A stretch of 59,349 nt of DNA from an uncultured Christensenellaceae bacterium (GCA_910587225.1 CAJULT010000004.1:1-59349), one strand, 5' to 3'; positions 7,031 to 16,436 are shown, counted from the first letter of the stretch. The notes: generated from the sequence alone by a model not told the origin. A program made the numbers and translations.

Positions 7031-7450
7031 ATGACCATAAAAGAAATTTTTGATCAATATTCCCAATATGATTTAAACTATGTAATGTTAAAATGTTTGG
7101 CCGACAATAAAGTTATCATTACTGATTTGCCAACCATTAAAGCACTATATAGTTACGGCAGTCGTAATATAATTCCTACTGAAGAGCGAAATGAAGTTCT
7201 TGCTAAAATCAAAGATATTAAAATTTCCGACTGGGCGAGTCTTTGGAGGTGTTATAAGGCCATTTTTTATCAAACGCGGAAAGTGAAAGCTGTTTTTGCT
7301 AAAAATAATGATATGGAAAATAAAGAATTAACTACATATAGAAATGCTTGTTATTTATGTCGTATTGGTATTTTTGATATATTAAAGCGAGAACACGGAG
7401 CATGGGACATTACTTATGATAAAAACAGGAATATAGAACTTATTTGTTAA
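7031..7450 (+). CDS. hypothetical protein (139 aa)
   Basis: ORF with a strong GAGGAGG Shine-Dalgarno at 7017-7023. No recognisable motif. Confidence 0.6.
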   Translation: MTIKEIFDQYSQYDLNYVMLKCLADNKVIITDLPTIKALYSYGSRNIIPTEERNEVLAKIKDIKISDWASLWRCYKAIFYQTRKVKAVFAKNNDMENKELTTYRNACYLCRIGIFDILKREHGAWDITYDKNRNIELIC

Positions 7451-7591
7451 TTTTCTGCTCCCATTTACAAGTCAACAAAAGTAAGATTATATATCAAATC
7501 AAATTGTTTTTACTTTGTAAATTTAGTGAAACATGTTATACTACTTATGTTTAAAAGTTGGACGAGAAGTCTATAATTGAAAGGAGAAAAT

Positions 7592-7987
7592 ATGGAAAAG
7601 GTTATTAGAAACATGAATTTTAAACCTCTACTTGAAAGTGTAGAGTACGAAAAGTTGGATGCACCAGCACAAAACTCAACTATTAATATGCGCGTTTGGG
7701 ACGAAATGAAAGTTGAAAGACTTCGCAGCGATGCTGTTAAAGTTATTCTCACCCGCAATGTTGAGCCAGAGCCAAAATGCATTTTTGCACTTAAAGCTGC
7801 AATGAGCATTGAGGTTATTGTAGATCCTAACGAATTTGACGCGCTTGATGACGCTGAGGAATATTTCCGTAATAGTCAAGTAACTCGCGTGCTTGCTAGC
7901 ACAGTTGCAGTGGTAATTTCAAACATTACTCTTCACTCACCTATCGGTGCAATGATTACCGCACCAGTAGGACAATTCCCACAATAA
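7592..7987 (+). CDS. hypothetical protein (131 aa)
   Basis: ORF trimmed to the ATG at 7592, preceded by AAAGGAGAAAAT. A terminator follows. The C-terminal pattern only vaguely recalls SecB-type chaperones and is not asserted. Confidence 0.6.
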   Translation: MEKVIRNMNFKPLLESVEYEKLDAPAQNSTINMRVWDEMKVERLRSDAVKVILTRNVEPEPKCIFALKAAMSIEVIVDPNEFDALDDAEEYFRNSQVTRVLASTVAVVISNITLHSPIGAMITAPVGQFPQ

Positions 7988-7993
7988 AAATTG

Positions 7994-8018
7994 ACCTTGC
8001 CTTAGCGCAAGGTTTTTT
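7994..8018 (+). terminator. rho-independent terminator
   Basis: ACCTTGC/GCAAGGT stem (7994-8000 with 8007-8013), 6-nt loop, TTTTTT. Confidence 0.75.
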
Positions 8019-8045
8019 CATGCAAAAAATGACAAAAGTTTGATC

Positions 8046-8074
8046 TTGACAGCCAGCTACATATGTGATATACT
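8046..8074 (+). promoter_or_regulatory. sigma-A promoter TTGACA-17-TATACT with an extended -10 (TGA)
   Basis: TTGACA at 8046-8051, 17-nt spacer ending in TGA, TATACT at 8069-8074. Confidence 0.7.
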
Positions 8075-8092
8075 GCGGGCAAGGAGATAACC

Positions 8093-8614
8093 ATGAAAAA
8101 ACCAGAAGGAAGAATTATAAGACTTATTACTGCAAAGTATGAAAAATTTTTATACTGCGGCACTGAACCTGCAATATCACACTCTACTTATGTTTCTATG
8201 CCCTACAAAATCCCAAACAATCTCAGTTTAGATGAAACATGCAAAATGATTTCATATATAATGAAAAAGACAGCAATTAAAAATGGCACTACCAAAGATG
8301 AAAAGAAGACTACCATGCTTGCAACTGAAGAATTTAAAAAATTTGGTTTTGAAGAACTACATTCACAAGATTTTGGTTATCACGAAACCAGTCAATCTTC
8401 CGCATATTGCTATTTTCTAATTCCTTCCTATAAACGGCTTGAAATAAAAAGCATTAATGGAGTGGTAGACCTTATTACTTGTGCTGGCGATCCTAAGATA
8501 TTCAAAAAGTCACCTCTTGGGAAGAGATACTTTGAGTGGAATGATCCGAGTGTTTCACAAAACGAATTCAAAGCGCTTTGCGAAAAAGCAAAAGCTGAAA
8601 ATGAAGACAACTAA
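8093..8614 (+). CDS. hypothetical protein (173 aa)
   Basis: ORF with an AAGGAGA Shine-Dalgarno, its own promoter and its own terminator. No recognisable motif. Confidence 0.6.
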   Translation: MKKPEGRIIRLITAKYEKFLYCGTEPAISHSTYVSMPYKIPNNLSLDETCKMISYIMKKTAIKNGTTKDEKKTTMLATEEFKKFGFEELHSQDFGYHETSQSSAYCYFLIPSYKRLEIKSINGVVDLITCAGDPKIFKKSPLGKRYFEWNDPSVSQNEFKALCEKAKAENEDN

Positions 8615-8615
8615 A

Positions 8616-8645
8616 AAGACTTGCCGTTTGGCAAGCCTTTTTTAA
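8616..8645. terminator. bidirectional rho-independent terminator
   Basis: CTTGCC-GTTT-GGCAAG stem-loop (8620-8635), flanked by an A-run upstream and a T-run downstream. It lies between convergent genes. Confidence 0.7.
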
Positions 8646-9221
8646 TTAAAATTGAACTCTAACATTTTCGCGTTCTTCTGGCGCAGAAACTTCAAACAAG
8701 TTACGCTTTTCGAATTTGAACCATTTTGCAATGATTGAACTTGGGAATAGTTCTACTTTGTTATTGTAGATTTTAACAGTTCCGTTATAATACTTTCTAG
8801 CGGAAGTGATTTCCCCCTCAACTTGATTAAGAGTTTTCATAAGGCTTGAAAACTGACCATCTGCTTTAAGCTGTGGATAATTTTCAGTAACTTTGTAAAG
8901 TCTGCCAAGGGTTTGAGTTAATGCGTTCTCATTCTTAACTCTATCATCAGTATTTTTAGAATCAAGGCAGGCACTTCTTGCTTTCATTACATTTGTTAGT
9001 GTTTCGCTTTCATGTTTTGCGTAACCCTTTACAGTTTCAACTAAGTTTGGAATAAGGTCATATCTCTTTTTAAGATATACGTCCATAGTTGAAAAAGCCT
9101 CTTCAACATCATTTTTCTTTTTGACAAATCCATTACGCGAAGCAATAACCCAGATACCGAAAATTAAAGCGATACCAAGAATAACACCTAGCGCAATCAA
9201 ACAAATTTCAAGTGTTCCCAT
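8646..9221 (-). CDS. lemA: LemA family membrane protein
   Basis: An N-terminal TM helix is followed by KKKNDVEEAFSTMDVYLKKRYDLIPNLVETVKGYAKHESETL..., typical of LemA. The ATG at 9221 has a GGAGGAG Shine-Dalgarno. Confidence 0.8.
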   Translation of the reverse strand: MGTLEICLIALGVILGIALIFGIWVIASRNGFVKKKNDVEEAFSTMDVYLKKRYDLIPNLVETVKGYAKHESETLTNVMKARSACLDSKNTDDRVKNENALTQTLGRLYKVTENYPQLKADGQFSSLMKTLNQVEGEITSARKYYNGTVKIYNNKVELFPSSIIAKWFKFEKRNLFEVSAPEERENVRVQF

Positions 9222-9315
9222 ATTTTTCTCCTCCTTATAAATATATGTTAACACTTTTGTAGTTATTATGTCAAATAAAAGTTAAATAATAAATAAAAAC
9301 AGCTTTCCCCTGTTT

Positions 9316-10644
9316 TTAACGCTTAACCTCGATTAAATATGCCGTAGGCACATCTTCAACTTTTACTTTGTCAGAAATTTCAATTCCCGCAATCGCCAAA
9401 ATATCATTTCCGTCAGCAAGTACTGGGATTACCCCTCTTTGCCTAAGTGGAACTTTTTTATCAATTAGGTAACTTTTAAGTTTTTTAGTTCCGCCGCCAA
9501 ACTTGGTAAACACATCACCGTCCTGTCTAAAACGCCATACTGCCGTCTTTGGCACCTTTCGCCAATCGATAAGAAGTTGTCCTTCTTTTACGTTAAAGTC
9601 TTTAACCCTCTTAACGCTTACCTTACCAAAACCATCTACATCAAATTCGCCACACTTTAAAGGTTGATTTAATTCTGTGCTTTCCTGTTTGCGATTTGAA
9701 ATGGTGATATAATCATATTCTTTAAATACAATCGCCTCGAAAGGAAGATATAATCTGCTTCCGTTTTCGCCGGACAAAGCAAGTTCTTTTATAGCCAAGA
9801 TATGTTTTCGTTCTATATCACAATTAATGCCTATTGCTTTAACAGCTTTAAAAATAATTCTACTTACTACTGCATTTGGATACAGGAAATAACTATTTGG
9901 TATACGTACAAGCTTATCTTCTACCATCATCGCATCAGCATAAATTTGCGAGCGAATATATTCATCATCCTCAACTATCGCTTGTCCAAAGCTAGCAATA
10001 GCGCCTACCGCATTAGGCCAACGCTTTGAAATTTCATTTGTAAGAAGGCTACGGACAAAGTTTCTATTGTAACTTGTATCTTTATTTGTATAGTCATCTA
10101 CATATTCAATTTGGTTAGATTTGATATAATCCATAATCTCTTCTTTAGAGGTAGAAAGCAAAGGTCTGATGTATACGCCGTCACGGATAGGATCCATGCC
10201 CTTCGCTCCGCTCACCCCAGAGCCTCTAAAAATATGCATGAGAATTGTTTCTGCCTGGTCAAGAGTGTGATGAGCAAGCGCGATTTTATCAACAACGCCT
10301 TTTTTAATGAGGGAAGCGAAAACGCCATATCTTGCCTCTCTTGCCGCAGTTTCCAAACTTAAAGATTTCTCCTTCGCAATTTTTGGCGCGTCAATGCGAA
10401 ACTTATAAAAACGCACTCCCATTTCACGTGCCTTCTCTCTAACAAAGTCCGCATCCATATAACTATTTTCTCTAATGCCATGATCAACATGAATTGCGAC
10501 TATTTCAATATCAAGTTCCTCTGCCATGCCATGCAAAAAGTGTAAAAGAGCCATACTATCGCTTCCACCGCTGACGCCAACTCCGATAATATCTCCTCTT
10601 TTAATCATACCTGTTTTTAACATAAATTCTTTAGCGCTATCCAT
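9316..10644 (-). CDS. tilS: tRNA(Ile)-lysidine synthase
   Basis: PP-loop GVGVSGGSDSMALLH, then LAHHTLDQAETILMHIFRGSG and a TilS C-terminal domain. The start is set at the ATG at 10644 (GGAG upstream). The alternative TTG at 10677 is the ORF-track start. Confidence 0.85.
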   Translation of the reverse strand: MDSAKEFMLKTGMIKRGDIIGVGVSGGSDSMALLHFLHGMAEELDIEIVAIHVDHGIRENSYMDADFVREKAREMGVRFYKFRIDAPKIAKEKSLSLETAAREARYGVFASLIKKGVVDKIALAHHTLDQAETILMHIFRGSGVSGAKGMDPIRDGVYIRPLLSTSKEEIMDYIKSNQIEYVDDYTNKDTSYNRNFVRSLLTNEISKRWPNAVGAIASFGQAIVEDDEYIRSQIYADAMMVEDKLVRIPNSYFLYPNAVVSRIIFKAVKAIGINCDIERKHILAIKELALSGENGSRLYLPFEAIVFKEYDYITISNRKQESTELNQPLKCGEFDVDGFGKVSVKRVKDFNVKEGQLLIDWRKVPKTAVWRFRQDGDVFTKFGGGTKKLKSYLIDKKVPLRQRGVIPVLADGNDILAIAGIEISDKVKVEDVPTAYLIEVKR

Positions 10645-10881
10645 AAATTTCTCCGTTCGCGATTTATTATACACCAATTCAATCGCAACTGCAAGAGCAA
10701 ATTTAAATAAATCATCATTAATTTTTATTTTTTTAATAGAAAAAATGTTTTCTTTATAAAATTTCTACTAATTTTGTCTTTTTTAGTTGAAAAAAGTCTA
10801 AATTTAATTTTTAGACGCTATTTTTGAGTACTTAAAAAATTTTAAATGGCAATAGTATACAATTAAGAAAGGAGGCAAGAA

Positions 10882-11082
10882 ATGGTTGGTGATCAAATCA
10901 AATTTTTAAGGACTGAAAATAAACTTTCGCAAGAAGCTTTGGCAAAACGCATTAAGTCTAACCAAAAGCAGATAAGCAAGTGGGAACGCAATCAAATTGA
11001 GCCTAACATTGATGCACTTACACGGCTTGCTGATTATTTTGAAGTTTCAGTCGACTATCTTATTGGACGAGTTAAATATTAA
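10882..11082 (+). CDS. XRE-family helix-turn-helix transcriptional regulator
   Basis: IKFLRTENKLSQEALAKRIKSNQKQISKWERNQIEPNIDALTRLADYFEVSVDYLIG is a canonical HTH_3/Cro-C1 domain. AAAGGAGG Shine-Dalgarno. Confidence 0.85.
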   Translation: MVGDQIKFLRTENKLSQEALAKRIKSNQKQISKWERNQIEPNIDALTRLADYFEVSVDYLIGRVKY

Positions 11083-11123
11083 AATCTAGTTTTTAAATTT
11101 CGCTTTCAAATATTGACAAATTG

Positions 11124-11132
11124 TGATATAAT
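11124..11132 (+). promoter_or_regulatory. extended -10 element TGATATAAT placed 6 nt before the yycJ-like ATG
   Basis: TGA then TATAAT (11127-11132), then TTGAGC, then the ATG at 11139. No Shine-Dalgarno is present. Confidence 0.45.
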
Positions 11133-11138
11133 TTGAGC

Positions 11139-11921
11139 ATGCGAGTTATAAACCTGTCCTCAGGAAGTGAGGGCAACATAACATTTCTAGAATGCGATGG
11201 CGTTAAGGTGCTTATTGATGCCGGACTTTCTTGTATGCAAATTTGCAAACGCTTGAAAGTACTGGACGTTAACCCAAGCGAACTTGACGCTGTTTTTTTG
11301 ACGCATGAACATATTGATCATGTTAAAGGGGCGGACATTCTTTCGGGGCAATATAACATCCCCGTTTTCGCACATGAAAAAGTTTGGATGAGTTATGACG
11401 GAAAAGCAAAGAGAATAAGCTCGCTTAACCGCAAAGCTTTTTCTGACAACTTTAACTTTAAAAATTTAGAAGTTCAACCGATAGAAATTCCACATGATGT
11501 TGTTTGTTTTGGATATAGTTTTTTAAATAATGGTAAAAAGATAAGTATTTTGACAGATTTGGGACATACTAATGACAGAATACTCACAAGTGTTTCTAAT
11601 AGTCAGCTTATTTATCTAGAAGCAAATTATGATCGCGCTATGCTTATGAGCGGCACTAAATATCCTCTTTCTCTTAAAATGAGAATTGATGGGCCAAATG
11701 GCCACCTCTCAAATGACGCTAGTGCGCAGGCAGCAGACTTTCTCGTTCGCACAGGGACAAGGCAGATTATCCTATCTCACCTTAGTAAAGAAAACAATCG
11801 CCCTGAGCTTGCCTATAACCATGTTTGCAGAAAACTATTGCAAAATGGTATTGAGGAAGGAAGGGATGTCAAAATTGACGTAGCGACAACCGAAATAGGA
11901 GCAATGTTTAGATTAAAGTAG
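11139..11921 (+). CDS. MBL-fold metallo-hydrolase, YycJ/WalJ-like
   Basis: HEHIDHVKG (HxHxDH) metallo-beta-lactamase motif. The N-terminus MRVINLSSGSEGN resembles YycJ, and the gene is followed by an HtrA-type protease as in the Bacillus yycJ-yycK arrangement. Confidence 0.8.
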   Translation: MRVINLSSGSEGNITFLECDGVKVLIDAGLSCMQICKRLKVLDVNPSELDAVFLTHEHIDHVKGADILSGQYNIPVFAHEKVWMSYDGKAKRISSLNRKAFSDNFNFKNLEVQPIEIPHDVVCFGYSFLNNGKKISILTDLGHTNDRILTSVSNSQLIYLEANYDRAMLMSGTKYPLSLKMRIDGPNGHLSNDASAQAADFLVRTGTRQIILSHLSKENNRPELAYNHVCRKLLQNGIEEGRDVKIDVATTEIGAMFRLK

Positions 11922-11937
11922 CTGACAAGGAGGAAAA

Positions 11938-12957
11938 ATGAAACGTCACCTTTTAGCTATTTTTTTGTTGCCAACTCTCGCTTGCGGTGGTTGTCTTTTT
12001 AAAGATAACTCTACCCAAAAACCAGATTTGTCCGTTGACATGACCGTGCGAGAAGTTTCGCTTAGTAATATGGATGAAATTGAAATGCTTGACAAAGCCC
12101 GAAGCGCTGTTGTGGGCATTAGTATGGATGTTACTGGCGGATATGTTATCGGCTCGGGCGTCGCTATGGCTGAGGGCGGCTATATCTTAACTAATAACCA
12201 CGTAATTGAAGAAGGCGGAAATATTACCCTCTATTATGCAGACAAAACAACGGGAAGCGGAAAAGTACTTTGGAAAGATGCTGGGCTAGACCTTGCAATT
12301 TTGAAGTCTTCACGTAATATTCCGTACTTGCGTGCAGGCAACTCGCAGGAACTTAAAGTTGGACAGACCGTTTTCGCTATGGGGACTCCCCTAACCTTGC
12401 AGTTTAAACATACGGTAACCAAAGGTATTGTAAGCGCGCTTGGCAGAACGCTTGAAGTTGATGGCAATAATGGCAGCAACTTCCTTCAAAGTTTAGTTCA
12501 ACATGACGCAAGTATTAACCCGGGAAACAGCGGCGGGCCTTTGATAAATACCGATGGAGAAGTTGTGGGAATTAACACCTTAAAGGCAAGCGAGGGCGAA
12601 GGACTTGGCTTTGCCAGTCCTATTGAAGTAGGGAAAGCTGCAATTGAGCGAATTTCAGAAAACGAAAACTATAAAACCGCTTATCTAGGACTATTTGGCT
12701 TTGATAGTGAAATAGCGAAGGTGTATGGTGAAAGCTTAAACGAGGACGGCGTTTATGTAATAAGCACAACTGGACCAGCCGAGGAAGCGGGACTTAAAAA
12801 AGGCGATTTGGTTACTAAATTTGGGGAAAAAGAAATTCGATCAATGCTCGACCTAAAGCTTGCACTGTTTGATTATAACAATGGTGACAGCGTTGAAATT
12901 GAATATCTTAGAAATGGCAAAATCATGCTTGGTCAGGTAACTTTATCGCAAAAATAA
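11938..12957 (+). CDS. HtrA/DegP-family trypsin-like serine protease with a PDZ domain
   Basis: The catalytic triad contexts are TNNHVI, DLAILK and GNSGGPLIN. There is a C-terminal PDZ (GLKKGDLVTKFGEKEI), an N-terminal signal/lipobox-like LACGGC, and an AGGAGG Shine-Dalgarno. Confidence 0.85.
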   Translation: MKRHLLAIFLLPTLACGGCLFKDNSTQKPDLSVDMTVREVSLSNMDEIEMLDKARSAVVGISMDVTGGYVIGSGVAMAEGGYILTNNHVIEEGGNITLYYADKTTGSGKVLWKDAGLDLAILKSSRNIPYLRAGNSQELKVGQTVFAMGTPLTLQFKHTVTKGIVSALGRTLEVDGNNGSNFLQSLVQHDASINPGNSGGPLINTDGEVVGINTLKASEGEGLGFASPIEVGKAAIERISENENYKTAYLGLFGFDSEIAKVYGESLNEDGVYVISTTGPAEEAGLKKGDLVTKFGEKEIRSMLDLKLALFDYNNGDSVEIEYLRNGKIMLGQVTLSQK

Positions 12958-13020
12958 GGTAAAAATTATAGAAATTTGGTCGAAATTAAACATTTTGACC
13001 AATTTTTTTGTTTTACCCCC

Positions 13021-13049
13021 TTGAAATTGCATATAATATGTGGTAAAAT
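13021..13049 (+). promoter_or_regulatory. sigma-A promoter TTGAAA-17-TAAAAT with an extended -10 (TGG)
   Basis: TTGAAA at 13021-13026, 17-nt spacer ending in TGG, TAAAAT at 13044-13049. Confidence 0.6.
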
Positions 13050-13076
13050 AGTCACAAACAAAGGGGGCTACATAAT

Positions 13077-14681
13077 ATGGAAAAATTAAACGCTTTACAA
13101 ATTATGGCTAAATATCTTCGTGAAGGTGACACGGAGTCTTTGAAAAATAATGTTATCGCTGCGCTTCAACACGGAGGCTATGACGCTAATCTTCTAACTA
13201 GCAACTGCATGACAAGTTTTCTTGCTTTCAACGATATGCCAGTTCTTGACAAAAACCCTGAGGGCGAAAGTTTGGTTTCATGGCTTACCGAAAAAGCTAC
13301 TGCTGGTGCTAATAGAAATATAAGTCAAGCGAATTTTGACAAGCGTGTTGAAACAGCTCGAAAAGATGTCAGGATTTTGAAAGATGTTGCAAAGGTTTTA
13401 GCTTGGTATAAAGATTATACTACAAACGAAAAGCAGAAGGGATGCATCGAGAAAGTTTTAACAAATCTTCCAGAAAAAGAAGTAGACCCTATTGCCGCGC
13501 TTATGACAGTAGCGCTCACCTACAAAGCAACTTATCCAGAAGATGTTGCTGGCGCAATTGAATTTGAGAAAACCTTAGAGCCATTTGTAATTGCATTTAC
13601 AGATAGAGATAAATTTAAGTACACTGTTAACAGTGCCAAAGCAAAAGGAAACGATTATCAATATTACTCACACCATGCAAGATATGATGTTCGCAATATG
13701 CTTGGCAAGACAATCGGAAAGGAAAATGCTGATGAACTTTTACACGACATTGCAATCAATGCAGTAATTAGCCAATTCACCGAGCAAGAAGAATGGAACA
13801 TCGCTCTTAGCACTGATCCTCAAAATGGTATGCAATTTATTGATGAAAAGGGCGAAACAAAATATCTCTTCCCTGCTAAGTCAAATGCATCCGCAAATTC
13901 ATCTTTTGAAAGTTTGCTCAAAAACGGGACTGCTGCAGAACTTTTAGCAGCATTTGAAAAAATTACAGATTCTATTAACAAAACTTCTTCAATCTCAAGC
14001 CCAGAAAATGCTCTCAAAATGCTTACAAGAATGGTTATGCTTTGCGACAACCTTGAAATTGATAATGAAAAACTAGCTTGCGCAATCGCAGATCCACTCG
14101 TTGATATTCTCAGCACTTTTGAGCGTACTTCTAGCGGAAAAGAAACAATTAGAAAAATCGTAGACGACTCAATGGGTTATGCAAATCAAATTGCAGCTCC
14201 TAAGAAATCAGTCGAAGCAGATTCACAACCTATATTCATTGACAACACTGAAGAAGATCAGTTTATAATGCTAGAAGAAGTACCACAGGTTGTTGAAAAG
14301 AAAGCCCCTCCTAAAAAGAACACCGAGAAAAAGATTTCTGAAGCTGAGGCAATGCTTAAAAAAGAAGATGCAATGTTAAACCTTCTTAGAAGAAGGTTGA
14401 TAAGGGTAAGAACTACACTTGAAGGTATGTACGATGAAAATAATACAGAGCTTGGCAACTTCATGTCAGTTTTGCGTTATAAAGGTGAAGCAATAATTCA
14501 CAATCAACCTATAAACAGCAAGTATGGCGAATTAATATCACAATATTATAAGCTAATCAGTCTTAAAAACCCACCTTCTGGAGATAAATTTGACAAACGC
14601 GTTGAAAAAATATATATAACGGGAATCGAAAAAGTTCAATCTTCTACTGAAAACGCAACTTCTGATGATGAGGATAAATAA
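13077..14681 (+). CDS. hypothetical protein (534 aa, predicted cytosolic, Lys/Glu-rich segment and acidic tail)
   Basis: Long ORF with a GGGGG Shine-Dalgarno-like element, its own promoter and terminator. No recognisable motif. Confidence 0.7.
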   Translation: MEKLNALQIMAKYLREGDTESLKNNVIAALQHGGYDANLLTSNCMTSFLAFNDMPVLDKNPEGESLVSWLTEKATAGANRNISQANFDKRVETARKDVRILKDVAKVLAWYKDYTTNEKQKGCIEKVLTNLPEKEVDPIAALMTVALTYKATYPEDVAGAIEFEKTLEPFVIAFTDRDKFKYTVNSAKAKGNDYQYYSHHARYDVRNMLGKTIGKENADELLHDIAINAVISQFTEQEEWNIALSTDPQNGMQFIDEKGETKYLFPAKSNASANSSFESLLKNGTAAELLAAFEKITDSINKTSSISSPENALKMLTRMVMLCDNLEIDNEKLACAIADPLVDILSTFERTSSGKETIRKIVDDSMGYANQIAAPKKSVEADSQPIFIDNTEEDQFIMLEEVPQVVEKKAPPKKNTEKKISEAEAMLKKEDAMLNLLRRRLIRVRTTLEGMYDENNTELGNFMSVLRYKGEAIIHNQPINSKYGELISQYYKLISLKNPPSGDKFDKRVEKIYITGIEKVQSSTENATSDDEDK

Positions 14682-14692
14682 ACCGATTTAAT

Positions 14693-14722
14693 AAAAAAGA
14701 CCTTGAAAAAGGTCTTTTTTGT
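14693..14722. terminator. bidirectional rho-independent terminator
   Basis: AGACC/GGTCT stem (14698-14702 with 14711-14715), flanked by an A-run and a T-run. It lies between convergent genes. Confidence 0.65.
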
Positions 14723-14726
14723 TTCA

Positions 14727-16295
14727 TTAATTTAGTTTTGAAAGTTTGTCAAGTTCAGCAGTTATATCTAGGCGAGGGAAAAGTATGCCAACAGGTTTAA
14801 CTTCGCTCCCCTCTTCTAGTCCATAAAAATCATCGCTTCCAAAGTGTTGAGCATTGCAACCAAGCGCCTCTAAAACCTTTCCGCTGCAGCTAGGAAGGAA
14901 CGCTTCAAGCAGTTCACTGCCTACTCTGATGGCTTCAAGCAGATTTCTCATAATATTTTTAAGTTCCTGCTCGCGCGCTGGGTCTTTTGAAACAGCCCAA
15001 GGCTCAGTCTGCTCAATATATTTATTTGCCTGTGAGAAAATGTTAAATATTGAAATCAGTGATTTAGATACATCAAAGTTTTCCATATATTTAAACACGT
15101 TTGCTCTTTCGCTAGCAACAACCTGTTTTAAAGTACCACTTGCTTCAAGATTATCTTCCTTAACCTCTGGCACAATACTCCCAAAGTATTTTTTAAGCAT
15201 GCTGAAAGTTCTTGAAATCAAGTTGCCATAATTATTCGATAGGTCACTATTAAATCTTGAAAGAAAGATTTCTGTTGTGTAGTTACCATCCGAGCCAAAA
15301 GGAATTTCTCTAAGTAAGATATACCTTACCGCATCAGCAGAATACTCTGGAACTAAAATTCTTGGGTCAATGCACTCAACCGTGCCAACAGTTTTGCTTT
15401 TTGAAAGTTTGTCGCCACCAAAAAGCATCCAGCCATGACCGAAAACTTTTTTAGGAAGTGGAAGGTCAAGTGCCATTAAAATTGCAGGCCAAATAATAGC
15501 ATGAAATCTTACAATCTCCTTACCAATTATATGTACATTTGCTGGCCAATACTTTTTAAAATTTTCTTCATTGTCGCTTAGATAACCAATAGCGGTAAGA
15601 TAATTTGAAAGTGCATCAATCCAAACATAGATAGTATGTTTTGGGTCAAAGTCAACAGGTACTCCCCATTTAACAGAAGTTCTTGTCACGCACAAGTCGT
15701 CAAGTCCCGGCTTTAAGAAATTGTTAACCATTTCGTTGACACGTGTCTGAGGTTGCAAAAACTCAGGATTGTCCTTATACAGTTTTGAGAGTTTATCAGT
15801 GAAGGCTGAAAGTTTAAAAAAGTAAGCCTCTTCCTCACCTGCTGAAACCTCTCTGCCGCAATCTGGACACTTGCCATTAACCAGTTGGCTTTCAGTCCAA
15901 AACGCCTCACAAGGTGTACAATATAGCCCTTTATAATGGCCTTTATAAATATAACCTTTATCATAAAGCATTTTAAATATTTTTTGAACAGCTGCCACAT
16001 GGTAATCATCTGTAGTACGAATAAACTTATCGTAAGTTATTCCCAAAAGCTCCCATAAATTTTTTGTGTCAGCAATGATTTCATCAAGATATTCTATCTC
16101 ACTTTTTCCCTGTTTAGCCGCTGCTTGACTTATCTTTTGACCATGTTCATCAGTTCCCGTCAAAAAGAAAACTTCCTTCCCTTGCTTACGATTAAATCTT
16201 GCGACCGCGTCACAAATAACGGTCGTATAGCAGTTGCCAAGCGTCAATTTATTACTAGGATAATAGATAGGTGTTGTAATATAAAATTTTTCCAT
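14727..16295 (-). CDS. metG: methionine--tRNA ligase (short form without the C-terminal tRNA-binding domain), atypical HIGH signature
   Basis: YITTPIYYPSNKL..YTTVICDAVARFNRKQGKEVFFLTGTDEHGQKI, the zinc knuckle CTPCEAF...CPDCG, and KLSKS (KMSKS signature). The HIGH position reads TLGN. Confidence 0.85.
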   Translation of the reverse strand: MEKFYITTPIYYPSNKLTLGNCYTTVICDAVARFNRKQGKEVFFLTGTDEHGQKISQAAAKQGKSEIEYLDEIIADTKNLWELLGITYDKFIRTTDDYHVAAVQKIFKMLYDKGYIYKGHYKGLYCTPCEAFWTESQLVNGKCPDCGREVSAGEEEAYFFKLSAFTDKLSKLYKDNPEFLQPQTRVNEMVNNFLKPGLDDLCVTRTSVKWGVPVDFDPKHTIYVWIDALSNYLTAIGYLSDNEENFKKYWPANVHIIGKEIVRFHAIIWPAILMALDLPLPKKVFGHGWMLFGGDKLSKSKTVGTVECIDPRILVPEYSADAVRYILLREIPFGSDGNYTTEIFLSRFNSDLSNNYGNLISRTFSMLKKYFGSIVPEVKEDNLEASGTLKQVVASERANVFKYMENFDVSKSLISIFNIFSQANKYIEQTEPWAVSKDPAREQELKNIMRNLLEAIRVGSELLEAFLPSCSGKVLEALGCNAQHFGSDDFYGLEEGSEVKPVGILFPRLDITAELDKLSKLN

Positions 16296-16436
16296 TTCTT
16301 GCCTCGCTTTTGTAAATACAATTTATCACAGCGCAAATTAAAAGTCAATTTATTTGACAAAATAACGCGAGTTTAGTCAAAATAGCCTTTTCACTTACTC
16401 CCGCCGAAATGCTAAACTGCAATTAAGGAAGGAATT

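Noticed and set aside
16296-16436. Possible T-box riboswitch upstream of metG
   Set aside because: Only ~140 nt are available, there is no recognisable T-box sequence or terminator/antiterminator pair, and a plain promoter-like TTGACT..TAAATT is present.
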